Source: Bigelowiella natans CCMP2755 (Eukaryota > Protista > Cercozoa). From it: a stretch of 36,869 nucleotides of DNA. The position numbers were made by a program, and so were the translations under genes. Location of the stretch: the NCBI GenBank assembly GCA_000320545.1, contig ADNK01001016.1, positions 1-36,869 on the forward strand, read 5' to 3'. The notes below the pieces were generated by a model. That model did not search any database. It was not told the origin of the DNA and saw only the letters and a list, made by a program, of their open reading frames with translations. Positions 23,272 through 34,399 of the stretch are shown in pieces (within the stretch, counting starts at the first letter, position 1; every line of letters starts with the position of its first letter).

Positions 23272-24681
23272 TCATTCTGAGCGTTGATTCAGACCTAGTT
23301 TCGCTTTTAGAACGTCATATGGGGGTGCGTATTGTAGAGCTCGCTTCATGTCAGGATGTGAGAACAGTTTCACACAGAATTCGTTGAACATGACCCTAGA
23401 ATATGCCCAGATACTTAGATATTATGCTTCATAAAAAAGGTTCACACATCTTACTCATTTTGTGCATCTCCCCCAAGAATTGATTTTATTATGCGCATAT
23501 CTGGGTGACTAACAAAAACATATAAAAGTCTTGCATATACTTATTGGACGTAAGATTACTGTACCTGAAGGTTGGTTGCTTATCTATTATTTGCTTCAAA
23601 TGTTCCATAAAAACTCCTACTTTTACCTGGTAGAATTCATGCGTAACGTTATTGCAAAAATGCGTGAAAAATATCATACCTTCCCAGTGGCGTTTTTATC
23701 AATGGTGCGGAAAGAGAGTGCCGACTGGTTCATAAACTCTAAGTGGAATAAACATGCCTCTTCGAATTAGTCTGAAGCTGTAGAACTTGGACATTGAAGA
23801 AGGAAGATGGGATTAAATTACCAGAGAAGAAGAAAAGGATGAATATTTTGAGGGAGAATTCACTGAAAGCCACTTTAGTCGGGATTTCTTTGACCTCTTA
23901 AAAATTGGTAAGCTTACCGTTAAGTGTGAAGGAGTATTTATACCAAATAAAGATATTTATAAATGCTCCCTGTACATAAATACTATACCCATTGTAATCC
24001 GGGAAGCATTTCGGACAAGGGAGTATGGAAAGTCCCGACAGAGCAGTCTAGTAAGATGTGTGTAAGTTGCTGCTTGCGGAATCGAAACTATCACTTACGT
24101 CAGAAGTTGGTGGAAGCTATCAATGCTTAGTTCTGTAGAGATATATTGTTAAGTTTTGATGAATATATCAGTATTAAGAATGAAAGGTACCCTCGTATTC
24201 ATCAATACTCTTGTAAGCATCGTAAAACTGCTGGATGAAACTCTGAATCGTGGAATGGATGAGTTTATAATTTAAGTATTAATTTATTCTTGAACGTTAC
24301 TTGTCGATTCCTAGGGGTGCAGTTGACATAGCGGAAGTTGCGATGCAGCACATTGGCTCCTTTTTCGATGGATAGAAAACTAATGCCACAGTAGATCAGT
24401 CAGTTGAAACATGACGTCAACCGTTTGTTCTGAATGGTATTTACTAGTCTGCGAGAAAGTGAAGAGGCCTTTCGCATTTGTTCTCCAACATTAAACTAAC
24501 GGCATCTTGAATGTATCGGAGAATGTAATATTTTTCTGAAGGAACAGAACACTTCAGTTTCCCCACAACTGGTAATGAGACTCCTCTTTACCTAGGTACT
24601 TCTTAGCAGATAAGGCAAATCGATTGTCTTCACGTTCTTTCCTCACGCGAGGATTGAAGATAGATCTCCGGGGGTTTGCAT
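23272..24681 (-). CDS. CSTPP1: CSTPP1/C11orf49-like protein (centriolar satellite, tubulin polyglutamylase complex regulator); about 11 short exons
   Basis: Spliced SAKKYLEKYYILRYIQDAVSLMLE, FLADYFLSIEKGANVLHRNFRYVNCTPRNRQSFI, FHQLLTLLCRDFP and FFFSEFM match the C11orf49 pattern as recalled (YMEDAV..LLE, GTHILFREF.FV.ATPHNR.SF, LLCPDFP, FYYSEFL). Confidence 0.85.
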
Positions 24682-25227
24682 CCATATTGATCGCTATCGA
24701 ATTCTAAAGTTCCACGATGTTCATCATCGCTGTCATCATCTTCTTCACCAGTGCACCGTAACGCCTATGAGAGGGAGGCAGCAGTGGAGAGGGAGGTAAA
24801 TCGGGAAATGAAACCGCTTAGTTCTTAGTTGTTACTTCCTGTCCTTTTTTCTTACCAGTAACTACTACGACTAATCGACAGAAACAACAATTCAACAACA
24901 ACATTTGCAACAATGAACTTCGATGCACAGCGACAACAACAACTGTTGTCCAAACATCTCTCTTTTCCCCTGATCAACTCTGTCAAGACCAGAGTCTTGC
25001 TCGGCGTCTTGAATTGCCTTTCAGCCACATTTTTGGGTCTAAAGTCACTAATTTTTTGCGAAAATCGTGGAAAATCGCCTTGGTTTGGACTTACAACGAG
25101 CCATTTCTTTCTGGCCACAGAATCTTCGGAACCTTCGGCCCCTTCTCATCTCCATACATTACTCAATCTCTGGCGTCACCTGCATCAGGACTAGCCCACC
25201 GCCTTCCGCCTTCTAGAACTTCCTTGC
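24682..25227. promoter_or_regulatory. Putative bidirectional promoter region (CSTPP1 / ankyrin)
   Basis: Head-to-head spacer containing ttttttgcgaaaatcgtggaaaatcgcc; inferred from position. Confidence 0.45.
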
Positions 25228-26614
25228 ATGCTCTCAGTCCCCACTAGGATCTTGATAACAAATCTCGTTCTGGTCCGCACTCTCTGCCATCGCGTATCCT
25301 CTACCCATTCATACAGTCCCTGTACTAGACGCGTGAGTGACTTTACCACTCTTCTCAAGTTCTTTGATGATGATGTAGATGTTCTCTTTTGGACAAACAA
25401 TGCAGATTGTAAGCATGGCCTCCTCCCTATCTGATTATTACCGCGACCAGTCGAAAGACGCAAAGGTCAAAACTTCGAACGGTTACGACGCCGAGGGATT
25501 TGACCCAGAGGCTGACACAGTCGGAGCGGTTTGTGAAAGCGAGCGAGAAAGACTATATTGCAACACTTTTTTATTAAGAAGAGATATTTCGAGTTTACTC
25601 TCCCCGTTCACTATTGACTTTCCACCATTGTCGCACATTTCAGGGAATATATGGAGGAATTGTAAAAAGGGACGAAAAGGGAAATATTATTTGGGGGAAA
25701 CAGGTTATATCACTCACCTCACGTAACGTAGCCTTCGATATACCTTGTTGGTTTATGCATGTCCTCGCGCAGTATCAAAATCATAATAAAGCTCCTGGCC
25801 CCGTGTACGCTGGTACTGGATACACGGAAATGACAAAGGCTCTAAGAGTTGGAAAAGAGGCAATAGATAAAGTTTTGAAAAAGGTGAGCTGCGTTTTGTT
25901 ATATATGTGTTCATTAGAATTAGCGTGGCTTACGAAAGATTATCATACAGGACGCAGAAGCCATTAATGAAATAACTACCGGTGGCGCTACACCACTTCA
26001 TATGTGTGGAATGTCCCATCGCGGACAAATGTCAACGGAGTATGTGATTAAAAAAGGAGGCAAAATAGAGGCTCTAGATACTTATGGGTACATACAGTTT
26101 CTCAAATAATCGAATAGATCGATAACTTAATATAGAGAAAACTAAAAAATCCAACAGGTGATTTTTCACACATGAGGTCGAGGAAACCCATAATTTTCTG
26201 CGAAAAAATTTCGGATAGAGGACGTTTCGCTCATCAAAAAATATTGCCTAACATCCCCAGGTACACACCTTTGCATCGAATGGCCTCTAACGATCTTGCA
26301 GTCGGTGCAAAAGCATTACTTGAAGCAGGAGCCAACGTAATAACTCCGAGTATAGAAAGTTTAGCACACTATTTTCATGTCGTTCAGTTTATGTAGGAGA
26401 TCCACATTTCATTAAAAAAATACTCCAAATCTGAAAAATATTTTCAGCCATATAAGTCTACGAAATACGGTGAAGATGCTTTTTCCATTGCTTCTCAATC
26501 AAGTGCATTTGGTGTCCTCAAAGTTTTGAAGGAATTTGTAAGGTAGAGATGATGGAGTTTGCAGAGCTCGAACTATCACCCTTTACTCATGAGATGTTTT
26601 CCAGGGATGATTAA
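25228..26614 (+). CDS. Ankyrin-repeat protein with N-terminal presequence-like extension
   Basis: Spliced GIYGGIVKRDEKG, YQNHNKAPGPVYAGTGYT, TTGGATPLHMCGMS, DTYG|YTPLHRMASNDLAVGAKALLEAGAN; TPLH ankyrin motifs. Stop is at 26610 or 26614 depending on the last donor. Confidence 0.85.
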
Positions 26615-26969
26615 GTTTTATGAGGGCGCGAAAGTCACCGGACGTACGCGATGTTTCAGAGATAGTTTCATTGTGAAATTGCTCTCTCCTGAACGTTGAA
26701 ATATTAAATTATCTGACGAGAGAGAAAGCAAGTTCCGAGTGCTGTCAGAGCTCTTAGCTGTTACGTTGTGATTATAAAATCATCACTAGTACACTTGGAG
26801 TATTATATACAAAATTTTGAAATGATTACAAAAAGATATAATATCGTAAGTAAAGGTTTACGTTCGATTCAATGATAGAATCGATCCAGCGCCACAATAG
26901 ATGGATAGCGCAGTGCAAGCACAAATAGCAGAAAGTGTATGGGGTAGAGTACTCGGATTCTATTCGATT

Positions 26970-27310
26970 ACTGCATACATAGCTTGATTGCGTGCAAGCA
27001 ACAAGTATAAACAATGGCAGTTTGTAAGTCAATTTAGCAGCAGTATGCGCATCATCAAACGATGCGATGCGCATATCTCTAGATCTAGAAATGCACACGA
27101 TTGGATGACCATTATCTGTAGATGTTCAAACAATGTCAGTGGTTCAATATACTACTATACTACGACACGCGCTTGGCACTTCATGCATCGAGCATTTGAT
27201 ACTGAGCTGGACATGTCCTGTGCACTGCATGTGTATCTTGAACCTCGGTACTGAATCGCACGTTGAGATCACTGACGTCCTGTGCATGGATGCATGCAAC
27301 ACCCAGCTAG
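26970..27310. other. Convergent-spacer island 5
   Basis: tatgcgcatc (27044-27053) and gatgcgcata (27066-27075) form a 10-bp inverted repeat; 12-bp palindrome tctagatctaga at 27078-27089; many TGCA/CATG. Confidence 0.75.
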
Positions 27311-27320
27311 AGGTGGACAA

Positions 27321-28415
27321 CTAGAAAACTTGCCGGTAGATAACACCAAATATCTTGCTCCACGTCGAAAATGGAAATCGTCGCCAAACAGTGAAAACCA
27401 GCACCATGATGTACACAAAAAGTGCCAGGAAGATTTTTATCCTGCAAAGTATTGAATTTCAATTTGCAAGCGTATTTGAATTGTGACAAGCCAGAATTAC
27501 CCGTCGTAAGCTTTGGTGCTTAGGAAACTATTCATAGTTTTTTTCCCTGAAAAATGGACCGTCAGTTTTTTTAATTCAAATAAAAAAGATAATTTACCTA
27601 GTCGGATGATTCCCGTGTATGTATCTGTATTCTTATCAATGTCTGTTAACTTTTCTGCGGAATCATTTAGTGCACTGAGTGCAATCTGGTACATAAACAT
27701 ATTCATCAGATTGATAGATAATCACAGCTCCGTATATTATTTGAAACCTTTGTTTTCTCTATCTGGCTCACAAGGAGATCTCGAGTACGCAAGAAGCTTT
27801 CCGTCTTACGAATAGCTTTATGCAGTTCCTGCTCCCCCTCCTGGCTGAAAATTTACAATAGTAGTTCAGGACATGAATACCCTGATTCTTTAATTTTTTT
27901 CTTGAACCTCGATGAGCTCGATCCTGAGCCTAGTAAGTTCTGCAGAAATATGACAGGAATATCATAAAACATATTTTACTCCGTCGTATCAAATACCAGT
28001 CTTTTTCTTTTTCGTTCCTTTTCCTTTGCTTCATGAAAACGTACGGTAGCCATTCGAAGTTCAACCTAAAAGTTAAGAGAATATGTATAATTTCTATGGC
28101 AACTTTAGAAAATGAATTATTACTTTCATAGTTCTGTAGAATTTCTCCGATTTTTCTATTTCCTTCTGTAGAGAAGCGCGCTTCTGTTCATCTATTTCTT
28201 TACCAAGACTCACCTTAATTTATCAAGATTAATTTAGCAAAGATCGTCTCCAGGCTTGCAATAAGTTTTCACACCCTTAGCAACTCTATTGTAGACTTCA
28301 GTGCAGAGAGATCATTCAGAACTGCATGGGAAATTCTGTCACAAAGTAACAAGAACGCCACAATAGAATGCAGGAGAAAGAATTGGTTAAAATAGATGTG
28401 ATGATAGCTCACATA

Positions 28416-28459
<44 letters not shown>

Positions 28460-28726
28460 ATAAATGCCATTACATTGCCAACTCCTGAGTCGTCGTTCTA
28501 CATGCCATTGCTTCCTTCATTCGAGCCGAGGCAGAAGCCTGCAGGATAAATCATTTCACACGCATAACACGTATGCAGTAGAGCGCGTGCCCATGTAATA
28601 TCACAGAAATAAGCATGATCAATCATGAATAGTTTTTGGCAAGGATGACGATGTAATGTGGCTGATGATGTACAGTACCATGAGGCCTTCAATGGCCCCC
28701 CTCCCAACCACCATCGTCGTCGTCAT
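27321..28726 (-). CDS. SEC20: Sec20/BNIP1-like Qb-SNARE
   Basis: Spliced KTESFLRTRDLLVSQIEKTK|IALSALNDSAEKLTDIDKNTDTYTGIIRLG (SNARE heptads), then a TM helix IFLALFVYIMVLVFTVW followed by RR near the C-terminus. Confidence 0.75.
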
Positions 28727-29303
28727 AATGAGGAATACTGAGAATAATATGCAGATTTTAGTAAAAATTTCTACGAAGTTTCTCGGTTATGAAGGTTGAG
28801 TTTCCTCGTTGGAGTAATGGATCATATTTTTCCACTGCGACAATCATTTTTCTATGTCGTAGTCATCATAAAAGATATCGTTTCATACCAGCAGCTCTCC
28901 CTTGTACAAACGGAAACCGACACCCACGCCGGCGACGACACTCTTAAAATTGCTAGCCACAGCGCTAACTGGGGAACAAGCGTGGGTCTGCAAACTCTTT
29001 CAGATTAAAAAATAGTGTAGAGGTATTCCTGGAAAATATGAGATGATGCTGTGATGTAATGATGATGTTATGTGTGCTTCGTTTTAAAAAAACGAGCAGC
29101 ACGTCGATTCGAATGGTTCATTGCAAAGGGGGAGGTTTATCCAGTCTCAATTTCCGTACATTATCGCAAAATTAGGTGGTACTCCATCGTCGAAGAAACA
29201 TCGTACCTTAGATCGCAATTTGGAGATTATTATTCGGCAGCGTTCTGTCGGAATATAGCAGCTCCCATTACGACCTGCTCAGGACTAGCAGCTGTGGACA
29301 AAC
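28727..29303. promoter_or_regulatory. Putative bidirectional promoter region (Sec20 / large multidomain gene)
   Basis: About 580-bp head-to-head spacer; inferred from position. Confidence 0.4.
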
Positions 29304-30686
29304 ATGGGAGGTGGAAGTAGTATAAAGCTCGACAAGCACAAGGAGATATTGTAAGACGATGTGCATTCATAACTTCATATTGTGGTAATTCAAATCAACC
29401 TAAAAGGCAAAAGGTAACCGAAGAAAAGGCAAAGGACCTCGAAAAAGAGCGAAGAAAGTCAAAAAAGCTTAAGGTGCTCACAGATGCAAAACCATGAGCT
29501 TGAACCTTTGTGATAGGATTATATATACAGGAAAGTCATGCTGCGAAGTTGAAGCAAATAGAGATCTCCAAGGAACAGCTTGCTAAGGTTTTGTAATATC
29601 TCACTTAAATTCAACGTATTATCACAATATACGTTTCACAGCGAGAGGCCGATGCAAAGAGAAGGCATGACCAAATTCGTGAAGAGCAAAATGCCATACT
29701 ACAAAGATTGAAAGAAGAGGAACGTGAGAAAGAGGGTATTATTCTTCCATAGAAATGCTATTATCATCTGAGAATGTGGCAAGCTCATTACTTCTGCAAT
29801 ACCCACTAGCACATCGGAATGAAGTAGAAAGGCGAAAAGAAGAGAACAAAGAGATTCTTCAAAAGCATACTGATGAAATTAAGGTTGATATGTCCTGCCA
29901 TCTCTGTTAGTTGCCATATACTTTGGCAGGGTAGTGAAATGGCATAACTTTTCATATCTACAGGAGAAAGAAAGGATTCGTGCCGAGATGAAAAAGAAGG
30001 TACCTAAATTTATATTCAATATATATTCTTATGGAAAGATATTTAACATCTGTAAATGTATCTAACTCTGAAGATCGAAGATGTAAAGAAAGCAGCAGGA
30101 GCTGAAATCCAAAAAATAAGAGTACGTTATTATCCTTCAAACCACCTGTGAAGAACTTGATGCTAGAGTGTAACTCTGCTTTACCAGGACTCAGCAGAAC
30201 AAATGGTAAAGGAAGAAATTGATAAGCTTCGAGGTGTGTAAATAGACTATTGAAATTTGTTTTGAATGAACTACCTTCATTTTTCCATCATCGTCAACAT
30301 TGCCATCGTTTTTATCATCATCATCCATCTCGCTGAAAATGTTCCTCCGCTTCATATCTGTGCTTGCTTACGATAATCTCTGAAACGTGTATCTTTTTAG
30401 CTGAAAATCGCAAATTAGATGACGAAATCAAGAAATTAGGGGAGGATATAGCATTGGTACTAGTGACATACTCTCTATTATCACCTCAACCCATATAAAA
30501 AGTTGCTTTAAAATCCTCGTCTTAACTAATATGTATAAATTAGGAAAAAGCGGAGCACCATGCGACTTCACAACGAGAAGGAAAAGAAAAGGAGGGGCGA
30601 GAGGTTGTGTTGATAAAGAGAGCAAGAGCCTTTTCAGCCCTAATAATAAGCGTCCTAGTGCTCTTATATTAGGCCACCAACTTTCT

Positions 30687-30726
<40 letters not shown>

Positions 30727-33130
30727 CATGTTCACACTATGTTTTTTCGTGCGATTGTAGATTGCTGAAAGAAATGGGCTTCTTAGCGCCGAGGAATTAG
30801 TCAAGTTTAGCTTTGATATGAGATACGAAATTAACTTCAAAAGGGTTGATTCTGAAAGGGTAGTAGGAAGCTAACAAAAGAAATCATATTTCTGTACATA
30901 AGTAGTGATGTGCCTTCAATTAGGAGAAAATGATGGTGTGCTTAGCATCTGATCTTGGTCACGATCTAGCTCATGCTTGGTATAGACTCATTTTCAAATT
31001 GATAACACATCAACACAACTGAATATTTTCCGGTGCAAAAGATAGCTTATATATCATGTCTTCAAAGGTGTCAAGAGTTGAAGTATCATCAGGAATCTAG
31101 CAAAAAGGCCATGGTATTCGAATATTCATGATATTAGGTGTTGCTACCAAAGCAGCAGCCTTGATGATCACTTCTTAGTAGTCAGTGATAATTTTGGGAT
31201 ATTGGTGATACTACTACTATTGCAGATCATGTTTTACCAGAAGTCCGTCCTTGATGAGAATCCTTTGGCTTACTATGGGCTTGGTGATGATACCATTATT
31301 TTAAGAGTTGTCGGATGAATGAATGCATTAATAAGGTTATTGGTACTTGAATCTGTTATTAGGTAACTGCTATTATTCCGGACAAGGAGTAGGAGAGTCC
31401 GAAGAGGAAGCTGCGAAGTATTCATTCAAAGATTTTCTTTTTAGAAATCTTCAATCGAATCGCCAGCCCTCATGAACCACAAACCATATCTCTCTTTCTT
31501 TCTTTCTCTCTCTCCCGCCTCCCTCCCTTATTCTCTTGATCTCCATCTACCTATCTCTCTCATTGCTGCTTTGGTCCTCCCCTTCATGTATCTTTCTTCA
31601 AAGACACTGGCAACAATGCTTCGATCATCTTTTAGAGGCAAAAGGGTCTGTTTGTTGAATCAAGTGCTAGTTACTATATGTGTCATCAGTTTGATTCTTT
31701 CGACTATATCCTTCAGGTTGGATTCAATGCTGAAATTGTTTCCGGGTCCAAATCAGCTTAGTCTTGCTGCTGGATGTAAGTAACGGAAGACGATGAGTTG
31801 AGGATGATTTTGTTGATACTGATACTGATGCTGCTGCTGATGATGATGATGATGAAAATTATGATTGTGATGAAAAATGTTTCACATCTCATGGCTTGTC
31901 AACTGAGCAGAATATATTTCATACTTGGCAGCATTTCAAGACTTAATAATTAAAGTCGGTGGCTGGGAACCAATGATGAAAGCGTTTGGTGGATACCTGA
32001 AGTTCATTAAGAATAAAGAAGGTTTGATATGTCTTAGATGCATTTTCTTCTTCATCCAATTATGTCTTCGTTTGTTGTTAATGCACGGATCTCTTTTAGA
32101 TTTCGAAGTCTTAATTAAGAAGGCAGGTGGCTTCAAGAAGCTTGTCCTCGTGACAGGAGGATTCTCAAGAGTAATAGTTGTCGAGTTAGAGAGGGAACCA
32201 CTCATCACCATATATCTTTAACTACAACATCACAATACAATGAACATGCCACGATTCTAAGCCAACACGATGATCATGAAAGATTTATGCATGGTAGCAG
32301 ATATTAAAATGCTTTAGAAATTGTTATCCTTACTCTGTTGCTTCATTACCGTTGTCGTTATTGTGACTACCACCACCACCACCGTCACCTTTAGTTAATA
32401 AGGGGGGCTGGTGGGTTCAAAGAGCTCTGCCAGACAGCTGGTGGAATTGGTGAATTTCTAAACCTGGGCGGCGGAGTCGAGGAACGATATTGTGAGTTGT
32501 AGAGATATTGATGAGCATAATACTTCTAAACCACACCTCCTCCAAATCGTTTTATTAAGCTTTTCGTGAACAGAACTAGTAAGTTTCACTAACTAGTTTC
32601 GTGATGAATCAGGTGAGCGATGGGGCCCTTTAAGTTTTGTGAATTTGGCAAGAGGTGTTGGAGACTTAAAACTTCTTGTCAAGGTTTGTGTATCTAGTAT
32701 CAATATATATATTATTGCATTGCTGGATTTCAAGGATGTAATAATGACTTGTTTTATCCTTTTCTATGTAGTCTGGTGGAGGATATAGAAGATTTATTGA
32801 AATGGTGAAAGCTAAACCGCTGGTCTATAAGCTTCCGAGAAGTGCTTTCTCCGACGGTATCACAGCGAATGATCTACTCTTCCTCCTCATTTTAGTATGA
32901 TTTGGGTGCCATTTTTATCATTCAGCGAATGGTCGTTTGTCTCATCCTGGGTACTCATGCTCATTCTCCGCCCCCCCCTCCACGGGATGGATGCCAAATT
33001 GGGTCTGTTGTGAAATTCAGAAACAACAAATCTAAAGAACACACATCACGAGCTGTTTGTACACATGGGCTCTACCTTCACTGACATTAATTTTAAAAAA
33101 GATCTGTTGTGCGACAACACGTGGACGTGT

Positions 33131-33171
<41 letters not shown>

Positions 33172-34166
33172 CTGAATGTCCAACCTCCATTATGAAATCC
33201 AACATTTGACAGTGAAAAGACTGATTAATGAACGATAATTAATAGGGTTCATATGGAGAAGACAAGGAGACTTATCTAGAGATAGATGTAGGTAGAAAGG
33301 TCGCCGTTGTGGCAATTGCCATACGTCCTTCCAAGTCCATGGATAGAAACATTCTGCGACGATTTCGAATACTGTCGTCTCCACCTGATAAAGGCCCCCC
33401 TCCTGAAGCTTTTGGAATCATAAAAAAAGCGACAGACAGTAGTATGGCTAAGACAAAGAAAAAGAAGGGGAAGAAGAAGAGGAAAGGTTCGGAGTCGAAA
33501 CTAAAAACAATTATCGGCAAAATACCAAAATGGAAGTTGAAGAAGATGGCAATGGAAAGGAAGAAAGCAGAAGAAGATGCAAAGAGAAAGGCCGAGGAAG
33601 AAATAGAGAGGAAGAGGAAGGAGATAGAAGCTGAAGAAGCTCGATTTGAGGACGGTGGAACATATAATACCAGACGCAAGACTCCCGGTGTCTTGACATG
33701 TGCACTCAATAGAATTCTTGTCGGGCAGCGTTTCAGACTCTATCCTTTTCCCTTGCAGCCAAAGCCTCCAGAACCTACGGAAGAGGAAACCGACGAAGAT
33801 TCAGAGGAGGAAAACAAGAAAGAAAAGAAGAAAGCACCTGAAGAGTTAATTGAAGTTCCTGTGTTGGAAATGCAAACGGTGCCTGTTGTTAGGGTGGAAT
33901 TATATGGTTGGCGACATTATGAAGTTGGTCAAGAACCAAAACGCATTAAGAAAATGTTGATGACTGGAGGCAATACTGATGCTGTCGGTGACGAGGATGA
34001 GGATGAAGATGAAGACGAGGATGAGGACGAAGACGAGGATGATGAGGACGACGAGGACGGGGACAAAGACAAGAACAACGCCATCGAAGAGAAGGGGAGG
34101 GATACTAAAGAGATTACTACGACAAGTTTGAAACCAGTCAAGGAGGTAGCAGTGGTCTCTTCCGCA

Positions 34167-34172
<6 letters not shown>
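29304..34172 (+). CDS. Large multidomain protein: MGxxxS myristoylation motif, long coiled coil, Sel1/TPR-like repeat, Gly-Gly decapeptide repeats, split F5/8C (discoidin)-like domain, acidic tail; about 24 exons
   Basis: Continuous phase-compatible GT-AG splicing from MGGGSSIKLDK through K/E-rich exons, AYYGLGNCYYSGQGVGESEEEAAK (Sel1-like), xGGF repeats, GWMPNW|GSYGEDKETYLEIDVG...QRFRLYP...RVELYG; last exon about 33246-34172. Confidence 0.75.

Positions 34173-34199
<27 letters not shown>
34170..34199 (+). repeat. (TAG)10 array that starts at the stop codon
   Basis: AAG TAG TAG TAG... in frame with the end of the 29304-34172 gene. Confidence 0.9.
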
Positions 34200-34399
34200 C
34201 AATATGATGATGAAGAAGAAAAATGAAGGCGTTCGGATATGAAACTTATTTCTGCAGTAAATAAGGGAGAATCGATTGCGCGTGTTCGCGTATCGATGAA
34301 CTACCAACCTTACGGAATGATGCCATGGGACATAGCTAGAGACTCAACACAGAGCCAGAGTTTGAACGCTATTATTGTAGCGGAACTCTGTATTTTGAT

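Noticed and set aside
24682-24765. Acidic upstream frame (GEEDDDSDDEH...) suggesting a frameshifted CSTPP1 N-terminus
   Set aside because: Explained by GAT-type repeats in a 5' UTR exon; an in-frame ATG at 24681 gives a family-length N-terminus
30800-31260. Possible gene boundary splitting 29304-34172 into two tandem genes
   Set aside because: Phase-compatible exons bridge the interval without stops, and no terminator-type island is present
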